A stretch of 64,000 nt of DNA, from positions 1 through 64,000 of IMG/VR virus record IMGVR_UViG_3300037418_002568; one strand, 5' to 3'. A program made the position numbers and the translations under genes. Of the stretch, positions 41,457-51,448 are shown piece by piece. Source of the DNA: a virus (taxonomy: Duplodnaviria; Caudoviricetes). The notes under the pieces are model-generated. The model was not told the DNA's origin. It was given only the letters and a program-made list of their open reading frames with translations, and did not search any database. Within the stretch, counting starts at the first letter, position 1. Each line of letters opens with the position of its first letter.

Positions 41457-42035
41457 GTGACCGCAACCAACCCCACTCCGTGCGAAACCGATCCGGGGGC
41501 CTTCCTGCAACCTGGCGAAGATCCAGCATGGGCCGGTAGCCCGCGGGCACGCTGGGCGGTACGACAGTGCCGCACCAACTGCTACCGCTTCACCGACTGC
41601 GCCCGCCAAGCCCTGTGCGCCGGCGACGTCGAAGACCACGACGGCCACTACGTCGCCGCGGGGGTCATCATGGCCGGGATCGTGTGCACCGGCAGCCTCG
41701 CCACCCGCGCCAAACTCGCCGCCCTCCTCGGCGAACCCACCCCCGTGACCACGATCGCCGGATTGTGCGCCGGCGGATGTGGGCGGCGGCTGGTCTCCGA
41801 CCCCACTGACGAATCGGAGACCAGGCTCGCCACCCGCGGTATGTGCTCGCCCTGCTACAAAGCCCGCCGCCGCGCCGGAACGCTGAGCGCGGCCAGCACC
41901 CGCCCCGACACCTGCCAGGGCCCGTGCGGGCTACCGCTGTGCACGCGCTCGCGCAAACTCACCGGCCACGTCGTCCACGAGGGCGGCGGCTGGTGTGTGG
42001 GCTGCACCCGCGCCCGCTCACGCGCTGCGGCATGA
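41457..42035 (+). CDS. WhiB-like regulator with extra Cys-rich C-terminal motifs
   Basis: CETDP...C.TNC....DC...GVIMAG followed by further CxxC/CxxxC pairs. Confidence 0.65.
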   Translation: MTATNPTPCETDPGAFLQPGEDPAWAGSPRARWAVRQCRTNCYRFTDCARQALCAGDVEDHDGHYVAAGVIMAGIVCTGSLATRAKLAALLGEPTPVTTIAGLCAGGCGRRLVSDPTDESETRLATRGMCSPCYKARRRAGTLSAASTRPDTCQGPCGLPLCTRSRKLTGHVVHEGGGWCVGCTRARSRAAA

Positions 42036-42818
42036 ACTCACCCGCGCAGTGACCAATCCCAGATACAGCACGTCACCGGCGGTGTAGCCGGTCCAGGGCA
42101 GCATCACCTCCCGCACCGACACCTCGAGCCCGTTGCGCAACACGTCGCGGGGGGCGTTGTTGGCGCGCACCCGCACCCCGCCCTCACGCCACAGCGTGCG
42201 GAACTCCGGATACACCCACGCCTCGGCGAGCACTTCGCGGGCGGGGGTCCGGGTATCGGGGTGGGCGGCATAGCCGCGGAAGTAGGCGACGGCGCGGTGT
42301 GCTTCGGCGGTCCAGTCGGGGAACACGCGCCGGGCGCGCCGGTCGCCGAACATCCAATCCAGCACCGAGGGGGCATCGGCCAGGCCCGGCCACAGGTCGT
42401 GGAATCCGTTGTTGGCCTCCAACACTCGCCATCCCCGGTAGAAGGCGGCCGCGTTCGGTTCCAGCGCGTCCAGCAGTGCGGCGGCCAGTGAGGCGCTGCC
42501 GGTGCCGGTGCGATAATCCGGCCTGGGCGAATGTCCAGCTAGCACCTCGAGGTGCGCAACCTCATCCGGCGATAAGCGTAATTGGTCTGATAAGTTCGCT
42601 ATGACCGAATCACCGAGGACTCCTGCTCTGTTCTGTTCCATCTGCTGGATATAACTCGATGACACCCCGACCCGGCGAGCCAGCTCTTTCTGAATCAGCC
42701 CCCGCCGTGTTCGACGGGACCGCAGGAATTCACCCAGGTTGGGCAACTCGGGCCGCGATGCCTCCGGCATCGGCAGGTCAGACAACGCACTCACATCTGC
42801 ACTTTCATTTGAACTCAC
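42018..42818 (-). CDS. MmyB-like XRE regulator with PAS-like ligand domain
   Basis: LGEFLRSRR...ELARRVGVS..YI..MEQ; WMFGD...PDW...EFRTLW. Confidence 0.85.
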   Translation of the reverse strand: MSSNESADVSALSDLPMPEASRPELPNLGEFLRSRRTRRGLIQKELARRVGVSSSYIQQMEQNRAGVLGDSVIANLSDQLRLSPDEVAHLEVLAGHSPRPDYRTGTGSASLAAALLDALEPNAAAFYRGWRVLEANNGFHDLWPGLADAPSVLDWMFGDRRARRVFPDWTAEAHRAVAYFRGYAAHPDTRTPAREVLAEAWVYPEFRTLWREGGVRVRANNAPRDVLRNGLEVSVREVMLPWTGYTAGDVLYLGLVTARVSSCRSA

Positions 42819-43334
42819 AAATGCAATCGTGCCCGGTCAAAGAGCTAATGCGGGATACGGCCAGTCGCACTCGAGAGTGTGAGTTGAGCGGACAATGTTG
42901 AAGAAAAAATCACCGGTTTGCTGTGTATCGTCGGCGTTCAGATCGAGTGCGAGGGGGTAGCCGAAGATCGGGGCGGGGCCCGATTCCCGGCCACCGGACT
43001 CACACCGCACCACCAACGATGAACAGGAACATCCGTTGCGATTCCCGATCCGTCTACTGGATATCACGAGCGTGGATATTCCCGGCGCCACCACGATCGA
43101 CACGCATATCACCAGCGTTCGCGGCCCCCGCGGCAGCCGAAACGGCCGATGGGTGGAAATCGAGGGTGTCGATCACACCCTCGATCACCAGCCCGAATGC
43201 CGCCACTATTACCTCGTGGCCACCCGCACCGGCACCTACCGGATCCCGTGTGTGCGGGAGGCGAGATGGGGCTGGCATTTCGGTGCGTGCTGCGACATCA
43301 CCGGCACCACCTTCCTGCCCGACGGCACCTGGGC

Positions 43335-43613
43335 CTAGCCGCGCAGCAGCGCCGCCAACGCCCGCCGCCCGGTCTCACTGACCCGATACCAGCGACGCGG
43401 CCGCCGGCCCGGCTCGGGATTGTCCTGCCAGCCCGAATCGACCCAGCCCTCCTCCTCGAACGCGATCAGCGCCGGGTACACCAACCCCGACGAGGACCTG
43501 GTGCGCTGACACAGGTCGAGCCCGTAATGGTCCTCATCCGGGAGGGCGAGAAGCACCGCGGCCACATGCAGCGCCACCTTCTCCTGGCGGCGCACGAGCG
43601 GGTTCCAGTTCAT
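43335..43613 (-). CDS. PadR-like winged-helix regulator
   Basis: YGLDL...SGLVYPAL..FEEEGWV...RPRRWY. Confidence 0.85.
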   Translation of the reverse strand: MNWNPLVRRQEKVALHVAAVLLALPDEDHYGLDLCQRTRSSSGLVYPALIAFEEEGWVDSGWQDNPEPGRRPRRWYRVSETGRRALAALLRG

Positions 43614-43891
43614 CGGCTCACCGCCGCCCACACGATCTTGCGCAACTGCTCCCGGCCGGCGTGGTTGATGGCGACCCCGTGGCGGTCGTTGTCGAAGACC
43701 TTGTAGGTGATCCAGCCCTTCTCGACGAACATGGCCAGCACGCGGGCGGCGGTGCGCGGGCTGGCCGACAGCGCACGCAAGTCCACTTCGACCGCGTCGA
43801 ACTCGTCGTCACACAACGCCACCAGCACAGCGGCAACGTGGGCGATGGTGCGCTGCCGGTACCCCTTCAACCATTTACGACTGATCGCCAA
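43610..43891 (-). CDS. winged-helix protein related to the adjacent PadR
   Basis: shares HVAAVL.AL and F.E.GW pattern. Confidence 0.5.
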   Translation of the reverse strand: MAISRKWLKGYRQRTIAHVAAVLVALCDDEFDAVEVDLRALSASPRTAARVLAMFVEKGWITYKVFDNDRHGVAINHAGREQLRKIVWAAVSR

Positions 43892-44246
43892 GGCTCGCCT
43901 CCCACGTCGGGTAATCCATGATGGTCGGATCGGTGCAGCGGCCCGCCACTTCCGCCAGCACCTCGGTGTGCCCGGCCAGCGCGTCGGCCTCGCTGGTGTA
44001 GCGGCGGGTCAACTCGTCGATCTGAGCTTCCTCGATCGGAAACGCCATCGTTTCGAACACCTTGGGCACGCCCCGGGTGTAGGTGGCGCCCAGCCACAGC
44101 GTCGACACCAGGAAAACGGTGTCGGGGTCGGCCCGGTCGACCACCACATGCCCGGCAATACGCTGGTAGCCGACGTCGCGCAGCAGGTCACAGAGCTGTT
44201 CGGCGTTCAACTCCACGCCTGCCCGGTCGTAGAAGATGCCGGTCAC
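43875..44246 (-). CDS. phage hypothetical protein (VSTxWLG/FETM family)
   Basis: VSTLWLG...FETM.F...RY.SE.DA..GH. Confidence 0.65.
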   Translation of the reverse strand: MTGIFYDRAGVELNAEQLCDLLRDVGYQRIAGHVVVDRADPDTVFLVSTLWLGATYTRGVPKVFETMAFPIEEAQIDELTRRYTSEADALAGHTEVLAEVAGRCTDPTIMDYPTWEASLGDQS

Positions 44247-44854
44247 AGCGGGGGCCCGTCCATCTTGTTCAGCACCTCATCGGCGGCACCGCGCAACAGG
44301 TACAGGCTGGGCAGGGTTTCGACGATCCCGCGCATCGCCCCGTACAGGGTGAGGCTGTCAGGCGAGCTCGCCACCGGGCCGTCCACGCTGGTGCGGGTCA
44401 TCACCTTCCCGCTCACGCGTTCCTTGATGGTGACCGCCGCGCCGCCACCGATACCGAGGGTCATGACCCGCAGCACCTCGACCCGTTCGGGCAGCTGGTG
44501 CACGGTGTGGGTGGCGATGGCGTGTTTCTGCTCGTCGGTGAGGCCGTCGGGGCCCGGCTCGATCGTCCACCCCTCGTACATGAACGACATCGCCGATATC
44601 GGCAGCAACATCTGCGAGTTCTCCATGAACCGGGTGACCGATTCGGCCATGGCCGGCGGGATCTGATCGACGCTGGAGTCGGCGTAGAGCGCGGTCATCG
44701 CCATGGGCACGAGCTGGGGAGCCATCAACCCCCACAGCGTGAAGTAGTTCGGGCCGTCCCACTGCTCATGCATGGCCACCATGTGCCCGGTGGCCTCGGT
44801 CAGCTGGCCCGCGGTGGGGCGGTGGGCGGCGATCCATTCCACGAGGGCGCTCAC
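44243..44854 (-). CDS. HRP-motif protein, paralog 3
   Basis: EW.A.HRPT..QL, WD.P..F.LWG, F.YEGW shared with neighbours. Confidence 0.7.
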   Translation of the reverse strand: MSALVEWIAAHRPTAGQLTEATGHMVAMHEQWDGPNYFTLWGLMAPQLVPMAMTALYADSSVDQIPPAMAESVTRFMENSQMLLPISAMSFMYEGWTIEPGPDGLTDEQKHAIATHTVHQLPERVEVLRVMTLGIGGGAAVTIKERVSGKVMTRTSVDGPVASSPDSLTLYGAMRGIVETLPSLYLLRGAADEVLNKMDGPPL

Positions 44855-45456
44855 CGGCCCTCCCGCAGCGCTTGGGCGATCTCGGCGACGGTGTCGGTGT
44901 ACACGAACGGCAGCACCGCCGCGATGTCCATCAGCTTGCGCTGCAACATCTCCCCGTGACTGTTGGCGCCGACCAGGTCGTCGGACAACTCGGCGGACAC
45001 GTGGATCAGCTCGTCGGTGGCGCGGGAACGTTCCATGACGTGGACGTCGCCCCCGACACCGACGGTCACCACGCGCGCGACCTCCTGGGCGTCGGCCCGC
45101 TCACGGACCTTGCGCTGCTCGAGCGCCCATTTCTGGTCGTCGGTGAGGTTGCCGCCTCGCGCGATGGTGGTGAAGGCCTCGAACTGGAGCGTGACGGCCA
45201 CGATCGGCACCGGGAACGGCTCGTTCAACGCTTGGGCCATCACCTGATCCAGCGCGTCGGGGAACCGCTCGGGGTTCTCGATCTCCATGATGGTCAGCAG
45301 CAGCGGCTCCAGGTCGTCACCGGCGACCAGCGGGGCGCCGTGGAGCGCGAAATGATCCGGGCCATCCCATTTGTGGTATTCGAGCACGTGGTGACCGGCG
45401 TTGTGGAGCTGATCCATGCTCGGACGGTGGGCGTCGACCCATTCGAGAGCTTTCAC
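44851..45456 (-). CDS. HRP-motif protein, paralog 2
   Basis: EWVDAHRPS...WDGPDHFALHG...TVGVGG. Confidence 0.7.
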   Translation of the reverse strand: MKALEWVDAHRPSMDQLHNAGHHVLEYHKWDGPDHFALHGAPLVAGDDLEPLLLTIMEIENPERFPDALDQVMAQALNEPFPVPIVAVTLQFEAFTTIARGGNLTDDQKWALEQRKVRERADAQEVARVVTVGVGGDVHVMERSRATDELIHVSAELSDDLVGANSHGEMLQRKLMDIAAVLPFVYTDTVAEIAQALREGR

Positions 45457-46136
45457 AGCTCGCCCCCGTCCTGGGTGGCCTGGGCCGCCTCGGGCATCTC
45501 CTCCGGTTCGGCCGAGTCCGGCTCGGTGTCGTCGGGATCGTCGTCGTCGAGTGCGGCAGCCAGCTGCTCGGCGAGGCCGCGCAAAATGAACATCTCCGGC
45601 AGCGCCTCGGCCATCGACATCAGGTACCGCGCGAACGGGCCGTGCGGGGCGCAGCCCTGGGCGGTGGTGTGGGTGCTCGTGCGGCCGGTGTCGCGTTCGA
45701 GGGAGACCATGTGCATCCCGCCCCCGACTCCGACGGTGATGGTGGCCAGCACTTCACGCCGGTCCGGATGCTGGTGCACGGTGCCGGTGTCGATGGCGGT
45801 CTGCTGGTCGTCGGTCCAGCCTTCGGCGTCGCCGATCAGCATCCAGCCCTCGTGCTGGAAGGTCAGGATCGTGATCGGCGCCGTCAGGTCGGGGTCGGCC
45901 ACGGCGCGGGCCATCAGCTCCGCGAACACCTTGGGCATGTCCTCGGTGTCGACGTTGGGCATGATCACGTTCATGACCAACGGCAGCAGGGTGCCGTCAT
46001 CGGCGACACCCCACATGGCCAGATGATGGGGGGAGTCCCAGTCGTCGCCGTGGAGTTCCATCAGCGATTCGGTGACCTTCGCCAGATTCTCGGCGGTCGG
46101 TCGGTGGAGCGCAGTCCACTCCAAAGGTGTGGTCAT
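45453..46136 (-). CDS. HRP-motif protein, paralog 1
   Basis: EWTALHRPT...WDSPHHLAMWG...TVGVGG. Confidence 0.7.
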   Translation of the reverse strand: MTTPLEWTALHRPTAENLAKVTESLMELHGDDWDSPHHLAMWGVADDGTLLPLVMNVIMPNVDTEDMPKVFAELMARAVADPDLTAPITILTFQHEGWMLIGDAEGWTDDQQTAIDTGTVHQHPDRREVLATITVGVGGGMHMVSLERDTGRTSTHTTAQGCAPHGPFARYLMSMAEALPEMFILRGLAEQLAAALDDDDPDDTEPDSAEPEEMPEAAQATQDGGEL

Positions 46137-46186
46137 TGAGTTTTCCTTCTCGGTATGTGGTGTGGGTGTTGGCGCACCCATGTTCT

Positions 46187-46215
46187 ATGTTACAGACCTT
46201 GACAAGGTTATACAA
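46187..46215 (-). promoter_or_regulatory. SigA-type promoter TTGTAT-N17-TAACAT
   Basis: same promoter family, precedes a CGCCAA hairpin leader. Confidence 0.65.
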
Positions 46216-46242
46216 CCTTTTCGAGGTCGGGGGAATTTTTAG

Positions 46243-46554
46243 CTACCCCGGGTTTCGACCCGAGACCTTACGCCGTCCATGCACGTTTGCAACCTTCTTC
46301 GGCGCCGGTCGGACCGGCTTGTTCGCCAGAATGTGATCGCACACCTCCTCGTAGGAGAACATCGGGCGATACGGGCGCGAATTCGGTACCGGCCCCGGCA
46401 CGAAGCCGGCATTCACGTACCCACGCCACGTCACCGGCTTCACCTTCCGGCCCGTCAGCGCGAAGTACAGCTCGCAGCACTGGCGGTAGTCCAGCAACCC
46501 GTCCGCAGGCGGGACGTACTGGTCCAGGGGCACCCAGTTCAGTTCCTCGGTCAT
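46243..46554 (-). CDS. small excisionase/MerR-like HTH protein
   Basis: KVKPVTWRGYVNAGFVPGP; AAAGGAGG SD. Confidence 0.55.
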   Translation of the reverse strand: MTEELNWVPLDQYVPPADGLLDYRQCCELYFALTGRKVKPVTWRGYVNAGFVPGPVPNSRPYRPMFSYEEVCDHILANKPVRPAPKKVANVHGRRKVSGRNPG

Positions 46555-46937
46555 AACACCTCCTTTCCTCAACACCATAGTACCACAATGTGTGGTAGTA
46601 AAAGTGAGGGAGTGGGGCGAAGGCCTTTTTGCGGCAAACCGGCCGGTTTGTTTGGGGGGGTGGGGGGTGAGGGTGTGCTCACCTTCGGAAGGGGGTGCTG
46701 GGCAACGCTGGGTTGCCGATGGTTGGTCGTGGGGTGGTCGACAGTCGGTGGTTGCCGAGGGTGTCCTTCGTGAGGGTGGGCTCGGCAAGGTTGGGTTGCC
46801 GAGGGCGGACCGGTCGGTCCGTGGGTGCCGGCAGTCGGAGACCGCCCGGTCGGTTGGGAAGGGCAGGCTCGGCTGTGTTCCAGTTCGGTGGTGGGTGGAG
46901 TGCCGGCACGGGGTCTGCTGTCCGGCCGGTCGGCCGG

Positions 46938-47097
46938 TGGCTGTGTGGCCCTGTGTGGCCCTGTGGCCCTGTGTGGCTGTGGTGTGTAGGGACAGGCTCG
47001 GCCGGTGGCCCTACGGCCAGCACAGGGCCTTACCTGACGGCCCTGTGGCTGTAGGCCCTGTGGTGGCCTTGTGGCTGTACCTGTAGGCCCTGTGGTG
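46938..47097 (+). repeat. degenerate tandem GGCCCTGTG(TG) repeats
   Basis: repeated ctgtgtggcc/ccctgtgg units in the non-coding gap between divergent arms. Confidence 0.65.
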
Positions 47098-48321
47098 GGA
47101 CGGTTTGGATGGTCAAAAACGTGGTCTGACCTGGGATTACATATTGGGTGCTGGTTCAAGGTTGTGTGACTACCACACTGTGTGTCAGTATTGACGGGTA
47201 CCACCGACCGGCCCCCACCACAGGGGCCACCGGAGGCCACACACACCCCCCGGCGGTGCGCCAACACCGCCCACCCGAGGAGGAACGCCATGCGCACAAT
47301 CCGCGTCGTCAAAACCACCGTGGCAACCCACGTGGTCGCCACCCGGCACTTCGTCGGCAACCGGCCCGAGACCATGGTCACGGCCATGATGTCCAGCAGC
47401 TACATGTACGTGTTCGGCTCCCACGGGGAAATCGCGGCCGGTGTCATGGCCTGCGCCTACGTGGTCGAGGCCGCGATCAACTGGCGGCGCGAGAGCCGCG
47501 GCGAATCCGCGGTCAAGCTGCCCGACTAGGTGGCTTGCGTCCCCCACCGGCCGCGCGCCGGTCGGCGGGGGGCGTTGGCCACCCAGCAGGGCGACCACAC
47601 CCACACACCCCAGGAGACCGCCATGCACCTACACAGCCTGCTCACACGCCTCACGCCGCGCCCCCGGCCGCTCGCGCCCGTCCCCGATCCCACCGTGGCC
47701 GCGATCCTGGCCACCCCCGGTGTGCACGTGTCCGACTACGACCGCCACAAGATGGCCCGCTACCTCGCCACCGCCAAGGCTGCGCACCCCGGGGCCACCC
47801 GCGCCGCCCTGCGCGCCCAGGTGGCCGCCATGCTGCGCGCAGAGGCCGCCCGCGACCTCGTCGGTAGCGAGCGGCGAGCCCACCACACCTGGCTCGCCGA
47901 CGTCCTGGACAGCACCGCCCGCTGACCGCTTGCCCGACCACCGGCCACCGCCGGTGGTGTGGGTTGGCCGCCAGACCGCGACCACAACCACACACAACCC
48001 TGGGAGACCACCATGTCCGACACCCTCACCACCGGCCCGCTGGCCGGATGGGACTCCATGCTCAACATCGTCACCAACGGCTGCGGCCAGATCGCCGTCG
48101 TCGCAGGCCAAAACGAAGAGGCTGTGCTGTTCGGCCCCACCACCGACCTGCACGCCGTCACCGAATGGGTGACCGACTACATGCTGCTGGATGCAGACGA
48201 CGAGGAGCCCATCGTCTGACCGCTTGCCCGACCCCCCGGCCCGACCGGGGGGTGTGGGTTGGCCGCCAGACGCGACCACCACCGGCACCGCGCCAACGGT
48301 GCCACACCGAGGAGGACACCC

Positions 48322-48525
48322 ATGCCCCGCTACCCGCACATCACCGTGCCCCTGGACCTGGACGGCGAAGGCGGCAACGCCCTGGCCATCCTGGGCCGCA
48401 TGACCCGCGCCCTGCGCACCGCCGGCGTTGACCGGCCCACCATCGCCGACATCGTCGACGAAGCCACCAGCGGCGACTACGACCACCTGCTGGCGACCGT
48501 CCGCGCGACCGTAACCACAAAATGA
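48322..48525 (+). CDS. conserved small phage/plasmid protein (GNAxxILG...SGDYDHLL)
   Basis: recognisable motif pair, strong GGAGG SD. Confidence 0.7.
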   Translation: MPRYPHITVPLDLDGEGGNALAILGRMTRALRTAGVDRPTIADIVDEATSGDYDHLLATVRATVTTK

Positions 48526-51419
48526 CCGGCCAAACCGGTGTTGGACCGTAAAAAGTCCGGCACCGGGACGGGCTGGCGCAGGAAAAACTACAGACCGAGC
48601 ACCGTCAACACACGTTGACGACACAGGAAAAAAATTCCGCCAAACGTGTCGTGTGCGCGTCCGCTTTGGCTGGTCGTTTTTCCCCTTGATCGTATTGTGT
48701 TGTGGCCGTGAGGTTTTCGGAACCGCGCGCGCCCCCGTACTACCACACTGTGTGTTAGTCTAGACGGGTACCAAACACCCCCCACCGGGGGAAACCGGTA
48801 CCGAACCACCCCCCGTGCGCCAACACGGGACCCCTTTTACCGAGAAGGAACCACCACCATGACCGAACTTACCTACGTCGGCGAACTGTCCGACGAGGTC
48901 GTATGGGACAACCGGGCCGTCGAGTACTGCGACTCGATGGACGCCGGACGGCCCTTGACCGTGGCCGCGGCCAAGATGATGGACCGATACCTGGAGTGTC
49001 CGGCCTGTCACAAACCGCGACCGGCCACCTTCACCGGGGAGCGCGTCGTGTTCGGCAACGGCACCCTGCCCACCGTGACGCTGTCCTGTGGCCACTACAT
49101 GACGTTCTGACCGAGCGGCCGTAAGCCTGCGACATCGACCCCTGTGGCCGGTGTCGGGGGCTGGCAGCCGACCGAGCCGCCACCCGTGGCGCCAACCACG
49201 GGGACCAACCACCGAGAAGGAAACCCTGACCATGACCACCACCGGATCCGGGTCGCTGTATGCCGGCGTCGTCGGTACGGCCGAGCTGACCGAGGCGCAG
49301 GCTGCGACCGTGCGCTACTGGCTGCACAGGGCCATGCGCCGCATCGCCGACGACGGTGTCAGCCCGCTCGACATCACGCCGGACGAGCTGCGTCAGACCG
49401 CGGCCCGCATGATCGCGACCGAGCTGGAAATCTTCACCCACACCCCGACCGAGCTGGACCACCTGCACGCGGTGCTGGCCGTCCTCGACACCGAGGGGGG
49501 CCACCGATGACCAACCTGGACGTGTCCCTGCTGGACACCGTGCGTGCAGCCCTGGGCATCGACGACACCGAGGAGTCGTGGCAGGCCGAGGGCGTGCCCA
49601 CCGAGTTCCGGCGGTACGTCGACCGGGCCGCGCAGTCACTGCTGACCGAGCCGGGCCCCGAACCGCGTGCCGCCGTCGTGACCCCGCGGCGGGTCTGCGA
49701 GCGGGCCATCGGGCTTATCGACCGCGACATGGTCGGCCAGCACGGCTGGCGGGCCCACGTGCTGACCCAGACACGTCGCCTGTTCGCCCGCGTCGGCTGA
49801 CCGAGGAGCCACCATGCCCGCTATCGCCACTGTCTACGAGGAGCTTGACGCGGCCGTGCTGGACGGCATCACCCGCTTGGGTGTGGGTGCCCCGCGCAAC
49901 GAGGTCACCGCGGTGCAGGACGCGATCACGTCGCTGTACCGGGCGCAGGGCCTCGTCACCGATCGGCAGTGCGCGGCCATCGTCGAAGCCGCGTTCAAGT
50001 CGTCGGAACGTCGCGTCCGCGAGACCGCCCGGCGCTGACCGAGCCACCACACCGATTCCGGCTAGGAGAGCCATGGAAACCATCGACATCACACCGGACC
50101 CCGACGGGATGATCCGGTGGGCGAAGCAGGGACTGCGCGAAGCGCCGGCCGACAGCAACGACGCCCGCGTGTTCCGCAAGGTCCTCGCCGAGTACGGCAT
50201 CACCGACGAGGCCGCCCCGACCGAGCGCTGATCCGGCCGTGCGCCTCCCGTACCGATGACCGAGCGTCGTCGGTACCGGGTGGGCGGGTGGCCGGACCAC
50301 CCACCACCAGTCCCGCGCCAACGGGACCAACCGAGAGGGAAACACTCATGCTTTACATCGAGACCGCCTGTGCCAGCACCCTGCTCCACATCGCCCACAG
50401 CGAGCCGTTCGCCGACCTGCAGATCGGGTGGCCCGACGGGCACCTCGTCATCACCCCCGAGGCCGGTGGGCCCACGGCGGCGACCTACATCCACACCGTG
50501 GCCGCGGTGCTGGCCCAGATGGACCGGCGCTGTGACCGCACCCCGGACCGGCGGCCGGTCGACGAAGTGACCGAGCAGCTGACCCAACGCATCTGGGTCG
50601 ACGCCGTCTGGCGAGGCGAGGGCTGGGTGGAATTCCCCGCGCTGCTGGTCATCGACGACGAGACCGTGCCGGCACTGACCTAGTCGACCGCTTGCCTCCC
50701 ACGCCGACCGATGTCGGTGTGGGTGGGTTGGCCGCCGACAGCGACCACCGAAATGCCTGTGCGCCAACACGGGCCCAACACCGAGAAGGAGACCACCGGC
50801 AATGGACACCCACGACAACCCGCTGATCGGGTTGGTGCTGCCGACCGAGCTGCGCGACACGTTCGACGTGTACGACTCGATGAACGAGGCCATCGCCCGC
50901 ATGACCCGGCCGATGGCGTCACCGAGCGACGTGCTCGGGCTGACCCCCGACGCGATCCGCCAGACCACCATCGAAGTGCTGTGTGAACGCGCGACCGAGC
51001 AACACGAGGAAGGCTGGCGGCACGGGTACCTGCGTTACCTCGACCTTGCCAAGCAGCTGTCTGCGTTCGGGCGCAACGAGCCGTACGCGGCCGACGTCGT
51101 CGCGGCGACCGAGGAACTGGAGGGCTGACCGTGACGCTGTTCGAACAATGCACCGGGGGTGCGGAGCTGACCCCGCACCAGGCTGCCATCGCCCGCCGGT
51201 GGCTGCACGCCGCGGCCCACGAGCTGGCGCGCGAACCCGACGGGGTCACCCTGCTCGACGTCGAACCCGACGCGTTGCGGGACCGAGCGGCCGCGCTGCT
51301 GACCGACGACATCGACTTCGGGCCCCCGCGCCACGACGACACCTACAAGGTGATGGCGTCGGTGTTGAACGTGCTCGACCCGGACTAGGTTCCGGTCTGA
51401 TCACGCTGTCCATCATCTC

Positions 51420-51448
51420 TTGTAAAGTCTGTACGTAGTCCGTAACAT
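51420..51448 (+). promoter_or_regulatory. SigA-type promoter TTGTAA-N17-TAACAT
   Basis: same promoter family, precedes CGCCAA hairpin at 51464. Confidence 0.7.

Larger units (their letters stand above)
46581..48773. promoter_or_regulatory. three TACCACAMTGTGTG operator-like boxes (46581, 47171, 48741)
   Basis: near-identical 14-mers; copies at 47171 and 48741 extend to ...AGT...GACGGGTACCA. Confidence 0.6.

Noticed and set aside
46654-46673. G-quadruplex-like G runs
   Set aside because: Single occurrence in a G-rich gap; no independent support
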